From NCBI GenBank assembly GCA_046541875.1, contig JBKHCL010000001.1, positions 1,596-65,595 of the forward strand: DNA of 64,000 bases, given 5' to 3'. This stretch comes from Phycisphaerae bacterium (GTDB lineage: Bacteria > Planctomycetota > Phycisphaerae > SM23-33). A program made the position numbers and the translations under genes. Of this stretch, positions 50,018-58,086 are shown piece after piece (the stretch's first letter is position 1; each line of letters starts with the position of its first letter). Under the pieces are notes generated by a model. It made no database searches and was not told the DNA's origin. It saw only the letters and a program-made list of their open reading frames with translations.

Positions 50018-51706
50018 CTATTTGTCGGGTTGTTGCAACTGAAGCACACGGACGACGGTGACCGCAAAGAGCACGACCGTCGCGCAAGCCATGATCGGCA
50101 CGTGGGCCGAGGCGATGCGGAGGTCATTCATGCCCGGGTGTCCGGCGGCGTCCAGGGCGGCTGCGACGGGGTTCACCACGAACACCGCTCGCACCAGGCG
50201 CTGGGAGAAGATTCCTCCTCCCAGCCCGGCCAGCAGGCTCACCAGGCCCATCGTTGCCACCACGCCGTAGGTCCAGGCGGTGGCGGTGGGCGTCCGCTCG
50301 AAGAGGCTGGAGAAGAACACCCCCAGCGTCGCCACGAAAAGCACGCTGATGCCCGCCACCTGCAGCACGCCGAGCACGTTGGGCCAAAGTGGCGGGCGGA
50401 AGTACAGCAGAATCGCCAGCGCCGGTGCCGTCGCCAGCGCCAGCAGGAGCAGGGGGATGATGGCGGCCTGGAACTTCCCGCTGACGATGCGCCAGCTCGG
50501 AAGCGGCGTGGTGCGAAGAAGGTCCCACACGCCGGTTTCACGGTCGGCGCAGATGGCGCTGCTGGTCATCGCCGGGCCGATCACGATCAGCAGCAGGATC
50601 AGCAAGGCCGCGACGACCATGATCATCGAATCCACCGCGCTGCCGGACTCCTGCACCATCGCCGAGACGCCGGCCGAGACGAAGAACATCAGCACCACCG
50701 CGAGGATCGCGGAGATCCCGATCATCCGCAGCAGCGTATGGGCCTGCAGCAGCGGGCGGGTGCGGAATTCCTTCACCAGCACCGGGTTCATCCACCAGGC
50801 GATGCTTCTCTTGCGTTTGCGCGGGTCGATGATGAACAGGAACGACCGGGCGGTTACTTTTCCGCGTTCGACGACCTTGAGCTTCTCGCGCGGGCGTGGT
50901 GGCGCAGCCGGGCGACGCAGCCTGTACAGGCAGGCGGCCGAGGCGAACACGATCACGCCCAGGCTCATCGGGATAAACGCCAGCCAGTAGGGAGGCAGAC
51001 CGGCCGACCGGGCGGCGTAGGCGCTCTGGTCGCCCAGCACCAGCGAGAGCATCGCCTGGAGGGGGCTCAGCGACGCGAGGTAGTGCAGTATGGTGCGCCC
51101 GGGATCGGCCACGCGGGTGATGAGATGGTTGCTCACCGGCCAGGCCGGCAACGCCAGAAGCAGGCAGACCGCCAGCAGGATCGCGTAGGTGATGATGATC
51201 GCCCGGTAGCTGCGATTGGCTGCGCTGGAAACCAGCAGGCCGATCGTACCCAGGTACAACGCCGTCAGCAGGAGCACGCCCAGTACGCCGATGACCGTCG
51301 CAAGCTCGATCCCGCCCAGCAAAAGCGGGGCGGCCATCGCGACGGCCCCGGTCAGGACGATCAGCACGAGGAACGCCAGCGAGCCGACGATTTTGCCCGT
51401 GGCGATTTCCCAGGGCTTCAGGGCGGTTCCGTAGAGGCTTTCCCAGGTGTTGTGCTCTTTCTCGCTGGTGAGCGAGGCGGCGGTGAACGCCGGGGCGAAC
51501 AGGGCGACCATCACCAGTTCACCGATGGCCAATACCGCCAGAATGCGTCGTGCCTGCTGGCCTCCGACATCCTGCAGCCCGTCGGCCGGCCAGAACAGCC
51601 AGATCAGGCCGGCCGCCACCAGCAACAGCGCCGCCTGCATGACGATCGCCTTTCGCGTTCGCAGGGCGGCGAGCACTTCCTTGTGGATGATGGGGTTTCG
51701 GATCAC
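50018..51706 (-). CDS. ABC-2-type permease, internally duplicated (two six-TM halves)
   Basis: The GTG start overlaps the ATPase stop (GTGA 51703-51706). Both halves open with the same motif (NPIIHKEVLAALRTRK and NPVLVKEFRTRP). 562 aa. Confidence 0.75.
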   Translation of the reverse strand: MIRNPIIHKEVLAALRTRKAIVMQAALLLVAAGLIWLFWPADGLQDVGGQQARRILAVLAIGELVMVALFAPAFTAASLTSEKEHNTWESLYGTALKPWEIATGKIVGSLAFLVLIVLTGAVAMAAPLLLGGIELATVIGVLGVLLLTALYLGTIGLLVSSAANRSYRAIIITYAILLAVCLLLALPAWPVSNHLITRVADPGRTILHYLASLSPLQAMLSLVLGDQSAYAARSAGLPPYWLAFIPMSLGVIVFASAACLYRLRRPAAPPRPREKLKVVERGKVTARSFLFIIDPRKRKRSIAWWMNPVLVKEFRTRPLLQAHTLLRMIGISAILAVVLMFFVSAGVSAMVQESGSAVDSMIMVVAALLILLLIVIGPAMTSSAICADRETGVWDLLRTTPLPSWRIVSGKFQAAIIPLLLLALATAPALAILLYFRPPLWPNVLGVLQVAGISVLFVATLGVFFSSLFERTPTATAWTYGVVATMGLVSLLAGLGGGIFSQRLVRAVFVVNPVAAALDAAGHPGMNDLRIASAHVPIMACATVVLFAVTVVRVLQLQQPDK

Positions 51707-52707
51707 GCCGGCGCCTCCTGGGCCGGCGTCTCGGTGTCCTGCTCTTCGGGCAGGCCCGAGCCGATTCCGCTGATGGACATGTAGGCGTCTTCCAGGCTGA
51801 GGGGCACCTCGCGACAGGTGACGAGCCTGACCCCCGCCCCCTGGAGCCGGGCGACCATCGCCGCCAGCGATTCGTCGTCGCCGCTGAACTGGAAGCGGAT
51901 CACGCCCGCTTCGTCCTCGGAGCGTTCGATCTTGTCGGCTCCGTCGGCAGCAGTGAGCACCTTGACCGCAGCCAGGCCGTCGTCGAGCGTCTTGACCTCC
52001 ATCAGCCGATCCCGCCGCAACTCGGCGAGCACGTCGTGGATGTCGCCGGCCGCCCGGAGTTTGCCGCTGTGGATGATGCCGATCGAATCGCAGATCGCCG
52101 CCAACTCCGGCAGGATGTGCGAGCTGACCAACAGCGTCTTTCCGCCGTCGGCGAGTTTCCGAAGCAGTTCGCGCATCTCGATGCGGGCCTTGGGGTCCAG
52201 CCCGCTGGCCGGCTCGTCCAGGAGCAACACCTCCGGATCGTGCAGGAGTGTCCGCGCGATGCCCACGCGCTGCTTCATGCCCTTGGACAGCGTGTCCACG
52301 AATCGGTCGCGCAGGTACTCGCCCCGCGTGATGTCCAGAACGTGGTCGATCCGCTCGCGCCGCTCCTTGCGCGGAATCTTGAAGGCCGCACCGAAAAAGT
52401 CCAGGTACTCCCACACCCGCATCTGGTCGTACACGCCGAAGGCGTCGGGCATGTAGCCCACCAGCGATTTGATCTTCTCCTGGCCGTGAGTGACCTCCTC
52501 GCCCGCGATCCAGGCGCGTCCTTCGCTGGCTTTGAGGAGTCCGGCGAGGATGCGGATTGTCGTGGTCTTCCCCGCGCCATTGTGGCCGATGTATCCGAAG
52601 ATCCGACCGCGCGGGATCGCAAGATCCAGGTGGTCCAGCGCGACGATTTCCTCGTACCGTTTCGTGAGCCCCTCGCAACGGAGCATCATGTCGTTCTTGT
52701 CACTCAC
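51703..52707 (-). CDS. ABC transporter ATP-binding protein (ABC-2 subfamily)
   Basis: Walker A GHNGAGKTT, signature LSKGMKQRVGIART, Walker B LLLDEP. GTG start at 52707; an alternative ATG lies at 52689. Confidence 0.92.
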   Translation of the reverse strand: MSDKNDMMLRCEGLTKRYEEIVALDHLDLAIPRGRIFGYIGHNGAGKTTTIRILAGLLKASEGRAWIAGEEVTHGQEKIKSLVGYMPDAFGVYDQMRVWEYLDFFGAAFKIPRKERRERIDHVLDITRGEYLRDRFVDTLSKGMKQRVGIARTLLHDPEVLLLDEPASGLDPKARIEMRELLRKLADGGKTLLVSSHILPELAAICDSIGIIHSGKLRAAGDIHDVLAELRRDRLMEVKTLDDGLAAVKVLTAADGADKIERSEDEAGVIRFQFSGDDESLAAMVARLQGAGVRLVTCREVPLSLEDAYMSISGIGSGLPEEQDTETPAQEAPA

Positions 52708-55195
52708 CAGCCTGTCCTTCCAGGGTTACGTCCACGCTTCTGAGCCACCATTTGGGCACGGTGCCCGCTTCCAGCAGCGACTCGCCCGATTGCCCCGTCC
52801 GCCGGACCTCCAGCAGGAACCGTGCTCGGCCGGTTTTGTCGGTAAATCGCTCGATGTTCTCGACGTTGAGTGTGATCAGTCCGCTGGGGTCGTCAAAAGT
52901 CTCCAGCTTCACCAGACCCCGGGCTCGCCGATCGCGCGGGCTGTAGCCGGGGGGCAGCCCGTAGACCGTCATCTGATTGTTCATCGCGCGGATGTCGATC
53001 CGCAGCGTCGCCCGGGGGTTGGAGACCGGCCCGATCGCTCGCGGGAAACGGGCGGCGATGAGCAGCTTCCCGTTCCGCGGCGTGACAAGGAACTCGCGAC
53101 GGACGGCGTCCCACGTGGCGGTCCCCAGCGAGTCCAGCTCGGTCTGCGTCAGTCCGGAGGGGATGCGGATGTCCGCCCCGGCCGGCGGCGCCTGCAACAC
53201 CAGCGGACAGGTAATGACCGACCAGCCACGGGCGTCGGTGACGTCGTCGATGGGTTTGACCGGCAGGTGGGGCGCGTAGGCGATCAGGATGGGCCGATCG
53301 TTCAGGCGCGTCTGCGGGCCGGGAACGGTCATAAGCTGTCCCAGCAGGGCGTTTCGCAACCGGTCCACCGGGTCGGCCGTCAGGGCACCGGTGTATTCGC
53401 CTTGGGCGAAGCTGCGGGCGTTGGGCTGGTCTCGCCCGGGGCGCTGATAGCGGACAATCCGCAGGCGGTCGGTGTCGGTGATGGTCCGTTCGACAGAGCC
53501 GCCGGCTGGGATTGGCCCCATGCGGTACGTTCGTCGTCCGGCGTAGAGCACCATGCCCGTGATCTCCGCGGGCAGGCGGTTTTCGATGGTTCCGGTGAGC
53601 CCCTCGGGCCCGAACGTCAGCCGAGTGGCGATGGGGGCGAGGTCCGACGAGGCGTCGATGTACAGTGCCCGACTCGTGCCGACAGGCAGGTCGGTCGGAG
53701 GCAGGAGCACCGTCCAGTCGGTACCGATCTCCTGCTGCGTCATCGCCCCGGCGAGCGTGCCGCCCATGTCCCGGATGACCGCGTCCGCCAGGCCGGCGTC
53801 GAACGTGGCGTTCTCGCGCCCGTCCGAGCCACTGTGATAGGCGCTGAGCACCTGCACGCGCGATCGGTGATCGGGGTATTGGCTGATGAGTCCCACGCTG
53901 GAGAGTCGCTCGGGGTTTCCCCGCATGCGCGACCAGCCGAAGAACGCACCGGCCATCACCAGGCAGAGCGGGACGAGCACAACCCACGTCAACTCGCTGC
54001 GCCCCAGGCGGCGCAGAACAAGACTGGTCGCCACGCTGCCCACCGCCAGCACCGCCAGCAGTGCGACCGGCCAGATGCGCCCCGGTGCGCGCAGGCCGGC
54101 GATTTCCTTCAGCGTGTCGCGTCCGACGGCCGGGAAGGCATCGGCATGCAGCGTGGGTCGGGCTCGGCAGGCGGCGTTGACGTCCTGCCAGAGGTCATGC
54201 AGCGAGGGGTCCTTCACGGCGCCCAGCGGAGCGGCCAGCACGAATATGGTTCCGTCGCCCCATTCGTTCCGGGTCAGCAGCGGCAGGTCGTTCGCCTGCC
54301 AGAGAACCTCGGCGGTGGTGGGCATGAGTTCAGCGAAGGTGACGGGCCAATCGGTCGCGACCGGATCGATCTGCTCTCCGTCGGGGTCGGTCGCGGCGAT
54401 GGATTCCAGGCGGTGCTCGCCGGTTACTTCCACGCCGGCGGCCGAGGCGAGCTCGCCGGTCAGCACGCGGTGGAACTGCCGGCCGGCGGTGACCACCAGC
54501 ACGCCGCCGCGGGCGGTCCAGTCCAGCAGGGCGGTTCGCTGGGCGGGGTGCATGTCCGCCCATCGCGTTCGCCCGACGATCAGCACGTCGACACCGTCAT
54601 AGCCGAACCAGTGATTGGGCGGCTGTTGGTCGGGGCGGACGGAGGAAATCATCAGCGTGACGTCCTGGAGCGGTTCGTTTTTGAGGGACTGGAGAAACAG
54701 GAAGCTGTCGTTGTCGCTTTCGGGCGTGTTGTCGTAGGAGAACATCAGCCCCACGCGCGTGTGGCGTGGGGGCACGATTGCGGCGTCGTAGGAGACCGGG
54801 GCCAGCTGACGGTCGGCTGAGAGGTCCCAGGTGCGGTAGGTCAGCGGGGTCAACGGCAGCGTTCCGAGCGTTCGATCGCCCGGACGGAGTGTGTCCGGTC
54901 GCATCGCCAGGCGAAGAAGGCGCCGCGAGTGGGGCGGCAACTCGACGACGCGGGAGAACAGCAGGGCAGTATCGCTCTGATGGGACGGCTGGCAGGCGAC
55001 CTTCACGCGGACGGTCGAGTCGCCGTCGTTTTCGACCGTCAGTTCGCGTTGGGACCACCGATGCTCGACGAGGTAGTTCTGGAACGGCCCGGCCGGTCGG
55101 CCGAAGATACGCACATCCTGGGCGGCGGCGGAGACCGTCAGAATCAGCAGGAGCAGGGCGGTCGGGCAGCCGGATCGGCGAAGTGTCCTCAGCAT
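52700..55195 (-). CDS. Hypothetical 831-aa exported/membrane protein (first gene of the ABC-2 operon)
   Basis: Signal peptide MLRTLRRSGCPTALLLLILTVSAAAQ and a mid-protein TM pair (IWPVALLAVLAVGSVATSLVL, VVLVPLCLVMAGAFFGW). The segment VDVLIVGRTRWADMHPAQRTALLDWTARGGVLVVTAG is reminiscent of GATase1-like/ThuA-like folds. No firm family assignment. Confidence 0.6.
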   Translation of the reverse strand: MLRTLRRSGCPTALLLLILTVSAAAQDVRIFGRPAGPFQNYLVEHRWSQRELTVENDGDSTVRVKVACQPSHQSDTALLFSRVVELPPHSRRLLRLAMRPDTLRPGDRTLGTLPLTPLTYRTWDLSADRQLAPVSYDAAIVPPRHTRVGLMFSYDNTPESDNDSFLFLQSLKNEPLQDVTLMISSVRPDQQPPNHWFGYDGVDVLIVGRTRWADMHPAQRTALLDWTARGGVLVVTAGRQFHRVLTGELASAAGVEVTGEHRLESIAATDPDGEQIDPVATDWPVTFAELMPTTAEVLWQANDLPLLTRNEWGDGTIFVLAAPLGAVKDPSLHDLWQDVNAACRARPTLHADAFPAVGRDTLKEIAGLRAPGRIWPVALLAVLAVGSVATSLVLRRLGRSELTWVVLVPLCLVMAGAFFGWSRMRGNPERLSSVGLISQYPDHRSRVQVLSAYHSGSDGRENATFDAGLADAVIRDMGGTLAGAMTQQEIGTDWTVLLPPTDLPVGTSRALYIDASSDLAPIATRLTFGPEGLTGTIENRLPAEITGMVLYAGRRTYRMGPIPAGGSVERTITDTDRLRIVRYQRPGRDQPNARSFAQGEYTGALTADPVDRLRNALLGQLMTVPGPQTRLNDRPILIAYAPHLPVKPIDDVTDARGWSVITCPLVLQAPPAGADIRIPSGLTQTELDSLGTATWDAVRREFLVTPRNGKLLIAARFPRAIGPVSNPRATLRIDIRAMNNQMTVYGLPPGYSPRDRRARGLVKLETFDDPSGLITLNVENIERFTDKTGRARFLLEVRRTGQSGESLLEAGTVPKWWLRSVDVTLEGQAGE

Positions 55196-55238
55196 ACGTC
55201 GGTTCCTGTCATGGGATACGATTGAGAGTGGATCAGAC

Positions 55239-55266
55239 AGTATATCTTCCGTGGTGACTCATGCAA
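55239..55266 (-). promoter_or_regulatory. Candidate promoter of the 55195 operon (TTGCAT-16 nt-TATACT)
   Basis: The reverse complement reads cTTGCATgagtcaccacggaagaTATACTgtc, about 40 nt upstream of the ATG at 55195. Confidence 0.3.
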
Positions 55267-55309
55267 GACGACGTCCGGGCGATCCGATAAGAACCCCGCC
55301 GTCCGGCCC

Positions 55310-55339
55310 TTGCATGGGTTCGGGGCGGGAGGCTACAAT
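55310..55339 (+). promoter_or_regulatory. Candidate promoter of the 55387 gene (TTGCAT-18 nt-TACAAT)
   Basis: cTTGCATgggttcggggcgggaggcTACAATc. Its -35 box is the inverted-repeat partner of the divergent promoter's -35 box. Confidence 0.3.
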
Positions 55340-55386
55340 CCCTCGACGGATCAGCCGCGGTCGTCGCGGCGCCGTATGGAACCGCG

Positions 55387-56889
55387 ATGAATCACAAACT
55401 GCTCCGAAATATGACGTTGAGTGCTCTGCTGGTCGCGATGCTGCACGCCCTCGGCTGTGGCGGCATCCCGGCGGCTCCGCCACCGACCAGCACAGTGGAA
55501 TACGAGAAGATGCGCCTCAATCAGCGAGTGTCCTATCCCAAGCGGACGGTCATTCTCTATAACCTCCAGCGCGTGCTGGATCCCGATGTCTCACCCCAGG
55601 CCCGCCAGAGCTCGCTGCAACTGGTCGAGCAGCTCGGCGAGCAGGATCTCGCGGTACGCACCGAGCTGGCGAAGGTCCTGGCCGGCGAGAATACCCCGCC
55701 CGAACTCCGAGACGCGGTGCTCAAGCTCCTGTTGAAACGCGACCACCCGGACCTCGCCACGCACGTGGTGCGCGTACTGGCTGAGCTCAAGCCCGACGAC
55801 CCGATGCGAAAGACCGTGCTGGACTGGCTTTCGCGGCATCCCACTCCGGGCGTGCTGGCGGAAGTGGTGGCCCTGTGGGCACGGGACGGCAAGACCGAAG
55901 GATACCAGAAGCGCTACGAGCGGGTCGTCGAGCGGATCAGCGGAAAGCCCTGGGACCAGGCGTTGCTGGAGGGGCTCAACCGCGACGGGTTTTCCGCCCG
56001 CGGGTCGGCCGTCACGATCTTGGCCCGTCGGATGGGGCGAAAGCAGCTGGCGACGCGCATTGGCACGCTGCCGCCCCGCACGATGGCGGTGCTGGCGATG
56101 CAGGAATTCCTGGGCAAGTTCGACTATCTTCCCACCTCCGGGGAAGACCTGCTGACGATCGTCTCGCTCTATCGCAACGAGAGCAAAGCCATCCCCGACG
56201 CTGCCCGGCAGTACGAGATCTGGCGGCGCGATCACGGGTACGTCTTCGAGGCGAGGGACTTCCACATCCTCGCGGCGTTGGCGAGAGACCCGCTTCGTCC
56301 GAACCTCCGGCGGAGTCATTTGATTCTCTCGATCGGGCGGCAACTCAAGAAAAGCAAACACGTCCGGGCGATCGCACCCGGGCGAGGCCGAACCGACCAG
56401 GGAAATTTCTGGATGGTCTCGCACAAACTTTCGATGGCCGATCTGTGGAACGTGTACCTTCTGGTGGAGATGCTCTCGCGCAAGCGCGTGCAGATCGCAC
56501 TGGGCATCGTGGCCGACCGCGACCTGAAGGACACGCGAACCGCTCACGGCGGGCTGGTGGTCTACGAGAACGGCCAGGCCGAGGCAGAGCTGTATACTCC
56601 GTCGCGCGACGCGCCTGCCAATGACCTCACCTACGTGCCGTCGCGGGCGGCGGTGCTGGCCGGCCGGGATGCGCTGTGCCGGTTCACCTGTCATTTCGAG
56701 CGGATCAACAACGCCCTTCGCGCCGGACCGGGCCCGGAAGAACTCCGCGACGCCAAACGCGTCGGCTACTACGGGTTGACGATCACCAGCGTTTCGTCCG
56801 AGGCGTTGTGCGCCCACTACTACAATCCCGACGGACAGGTGATCTCGCTGGGTGTGTACCCCTTCGCCGGTGGCAGGACCGCCCGGTAA
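55387..56889 (+). CDS. Hypothetical lipoprotein (HEAT-like helical N-half, unknown C-half)
   Basis: ATG 55387. Lipobox LHALGCGG. 500 aa, with no family recognised. Confidence 0.6.
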   Translation: MNHKLLRNMTLSALLVAMLHALGCGGIPAAPPPTSTVEYEKMRLNQRVSYPKRTVILYNLQRVLDPDVSPQARQSSLQLVEQLGEQDLAVRTELAKVLAGENTPPELRDAVLKLLLKRDHPDLATHVVRVLAELKPDDPMRKTVLDWLSRHPTPGVLAEVVALWARDGKTEGYQKRYERVVERISGKPWDQALLEGLNRDGFSARGSAVTILARRMGRKQLATRIGTLPPRTMAVLAMQEFLGKFDYLPTSGEDLLTIVSLYRNESKAIPDAARQYEIWRRDHGYVFEARDFHILAALARDPLRPNLRRSHLILSIGRQLKKSKHVRAIAPGRGRTDQGNFWMVSHKLSMADLWNVYLLVEMLSRKRVQIALGIVADRDLKDTRTAHGGLVVYENGQAEAELYTPSRDAPANDLTYVPSRAAVLAGRDALCRFTCHFERINNALRAGPGPEELRDAKRVGYYGLTITSVSSEALCAHYYNPDGQVISLGVYPFAGGRTAR

Positions 56890-56919
56890 CGCGCAGCGGC
56901 GGGGCGGTGGCTTAGGGTT

Positions 56920-57741
56920 TTACTCTGCGGGGTCGTCGTCGGCAGTGGGCAGTTCAATGCGGAACCGCGTGCCGCAACCTTCCTCGCTCTCGACGCTGAG
57001 ATGTCCGTGATGCTCGTGGATGATCCGTCGGGTGGTGGGCAGCCCCAGGCCCGAGCCGGCTTTCTTGGTGGAGTAGTAGATATCGAACATCTTCGCGCGG
57101 ACCTCCTCGGGAATGCCCGGGCCGGTGTCGACGACTTCGATCACGCCCTGCTCGCCCTCGCTGCGCACGTGAAGCATCAACTCTCCGCCATCGGTCATCG
57201 CCTGGACGGCGTTGATCATCAGGTTCAGGACGGCCTGCTTGATAAGATTCACGTCGATCCGGCAGGGTACGGGCGTGTCACTGAGGGACGTCCGCAGCAG
57301 CACGTGGGCTGCCTCGGCCTGGGGCGCGAAGAAATCGGCCAACTCGCCCACCAGGGAATTGAGATCCTCGGTGCGCAACTGCAACTCGACGTTGCCGGCG
57401 AACCGCAGGAAGTCCTCCAGAATTCCCTGCAGCCGTTCGGCTTCCTGGTTGACCCGTTCGAGGCGCCGGCTCAGCCGATGGTGTTCCTCGTCGTCGTATT
57501 CGCGAAGGTCTTCGTTGAGCAGCGTGAGGTTCAGATGGATCGTGGACAGGGGGTTTTTGATTTCATGGGCCAATCCGCCCACCAGCTTGCCCACCTGCGC
57601 GAGATGCTCCTGGCCGCTGGCGCGCCGGCGCATGCGACGGGCGTCGTCGAGCGTCCGCCGACAGCGCCGAAACACCAGCCACCCGCACAACGGACCGGCC
57701 AGCAAGGCCCCGAGAAAAATCCAGGCAATCCACATGGCCAT
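56920..57741 (-). CDS. Minimal membrane-anchored sensor histidine kinase (HisKA + HATPase_c, no sensor domain)
   Basis: One N-terminal TM helix. H-box GGLAHEIKNPL, N-box LNLMINAVQA, and G-boxes DTGPGI and GSGLGL. Confidence 0.88.
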   Translation of the reverse strand: MAMWIAWIFLGALLAGPLCGWLVFRRCRRTLDDARRMRRRASGQEHLAQVGKLVGGLAHEIKNPLSTIHLNLTLLNEDLREYDDEEHHRLSRRLERVNQEAERLQGILEDFLRFAGNVELQLRTEDLNSLVGELADFFAPQAEAAHVLLRTSLSDTPVPCRIDVNLIKQAVLNLMINAVQAMTDGGELMLHVRSEGEQGVIEVVDTGPGIPEEVRAKMFDIYYSTKKAGSGLGLPTTRRIIHEHHGHLSVESEEGCGTRFRIELPTADDDPAE

Positions 57742-57772
57742 ACAACTACCAGATGGCGAACGAAAACGAAAG

Positions 57773-57809
57773 CGACCGGCAACAGGGGGCAGAGATCGCC
57801 GGTCGTTTT
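57773..57809. terminator. Hairpin with T-rich flanks on both strands (bidirectional terminator-like)
   Basis: 8-bp stem cgaccggc (57773-57780) / gccggtcg (57798-57805). TTTT follows on the plus strand and CTTTCGTTTTCG on the minus strand. Confidence 0.3.
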
Positions 57810-57830
57810 CCCGTGAGCGAACCTTTTTGC

Positions 57831-57860
57831 TTGAAACGCCGCCGGGGGCGGGCCTATAGT
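57831..57860 (+). promoter_or_regulatory. Sigma-70-type promoter of the SAM riboswitch/met operon (TTGAAA-18 nt-TATAGT)
   Basis: Hexamers at 57831-57836 and 57855-57860. The predicted start falls at the first nucleotides of riboswitch helix P1. Confidence 0.45.
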
Positions 57861-57995
57861 CTTCGTGGCATCAAGAGTGCGTGAGGGACCTGGCCCTGAG
57901 ACCGCACGGCAACCTGTTCCGGACTTTCGGTCCGGCGATAAGGTGCCGCACCAGCCCGCAAGGGAGCGATGTGGCCTTGAGGATGCATTCCGAAG
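57861..57995 (+). promoter_or_regulatory. SAM-I (S-box) riboswitch
   Basis: P1 cuucguggcAUC...GAUGcauuccgaag. Core AUCAAGAG, GAGGGAccuGGCCCugaGA, GGCAACC...AGGUGCC and a P4 hairpin with a GCAA loop. It lies upstream of methionine-biosynthesis genes. Confidence 0.85.
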
Positions 57996-58086
57996 GCAAT
58001 CTTCCCCCCGTGCACCCTATGATGCTCTACATCCCGGCCCGCGTCGGCCGATGAGACGTTCGCTCAATCCAGCAAGGAGAGACATC

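Noticed and set aside
49997-54820. Plus-strand ORFs 49997-51784 and 52490-54820, and the 886-aa minus-strand ORF 50018-52678
   Set aside because: The plus-strand ORFs are shadows of the ABC-2 operon. The 886-aa ORF is the permease frame running on through the ATPase gene in a different frame. The real permease start is the GTG at 51706, which overlaps the ATPase stop.
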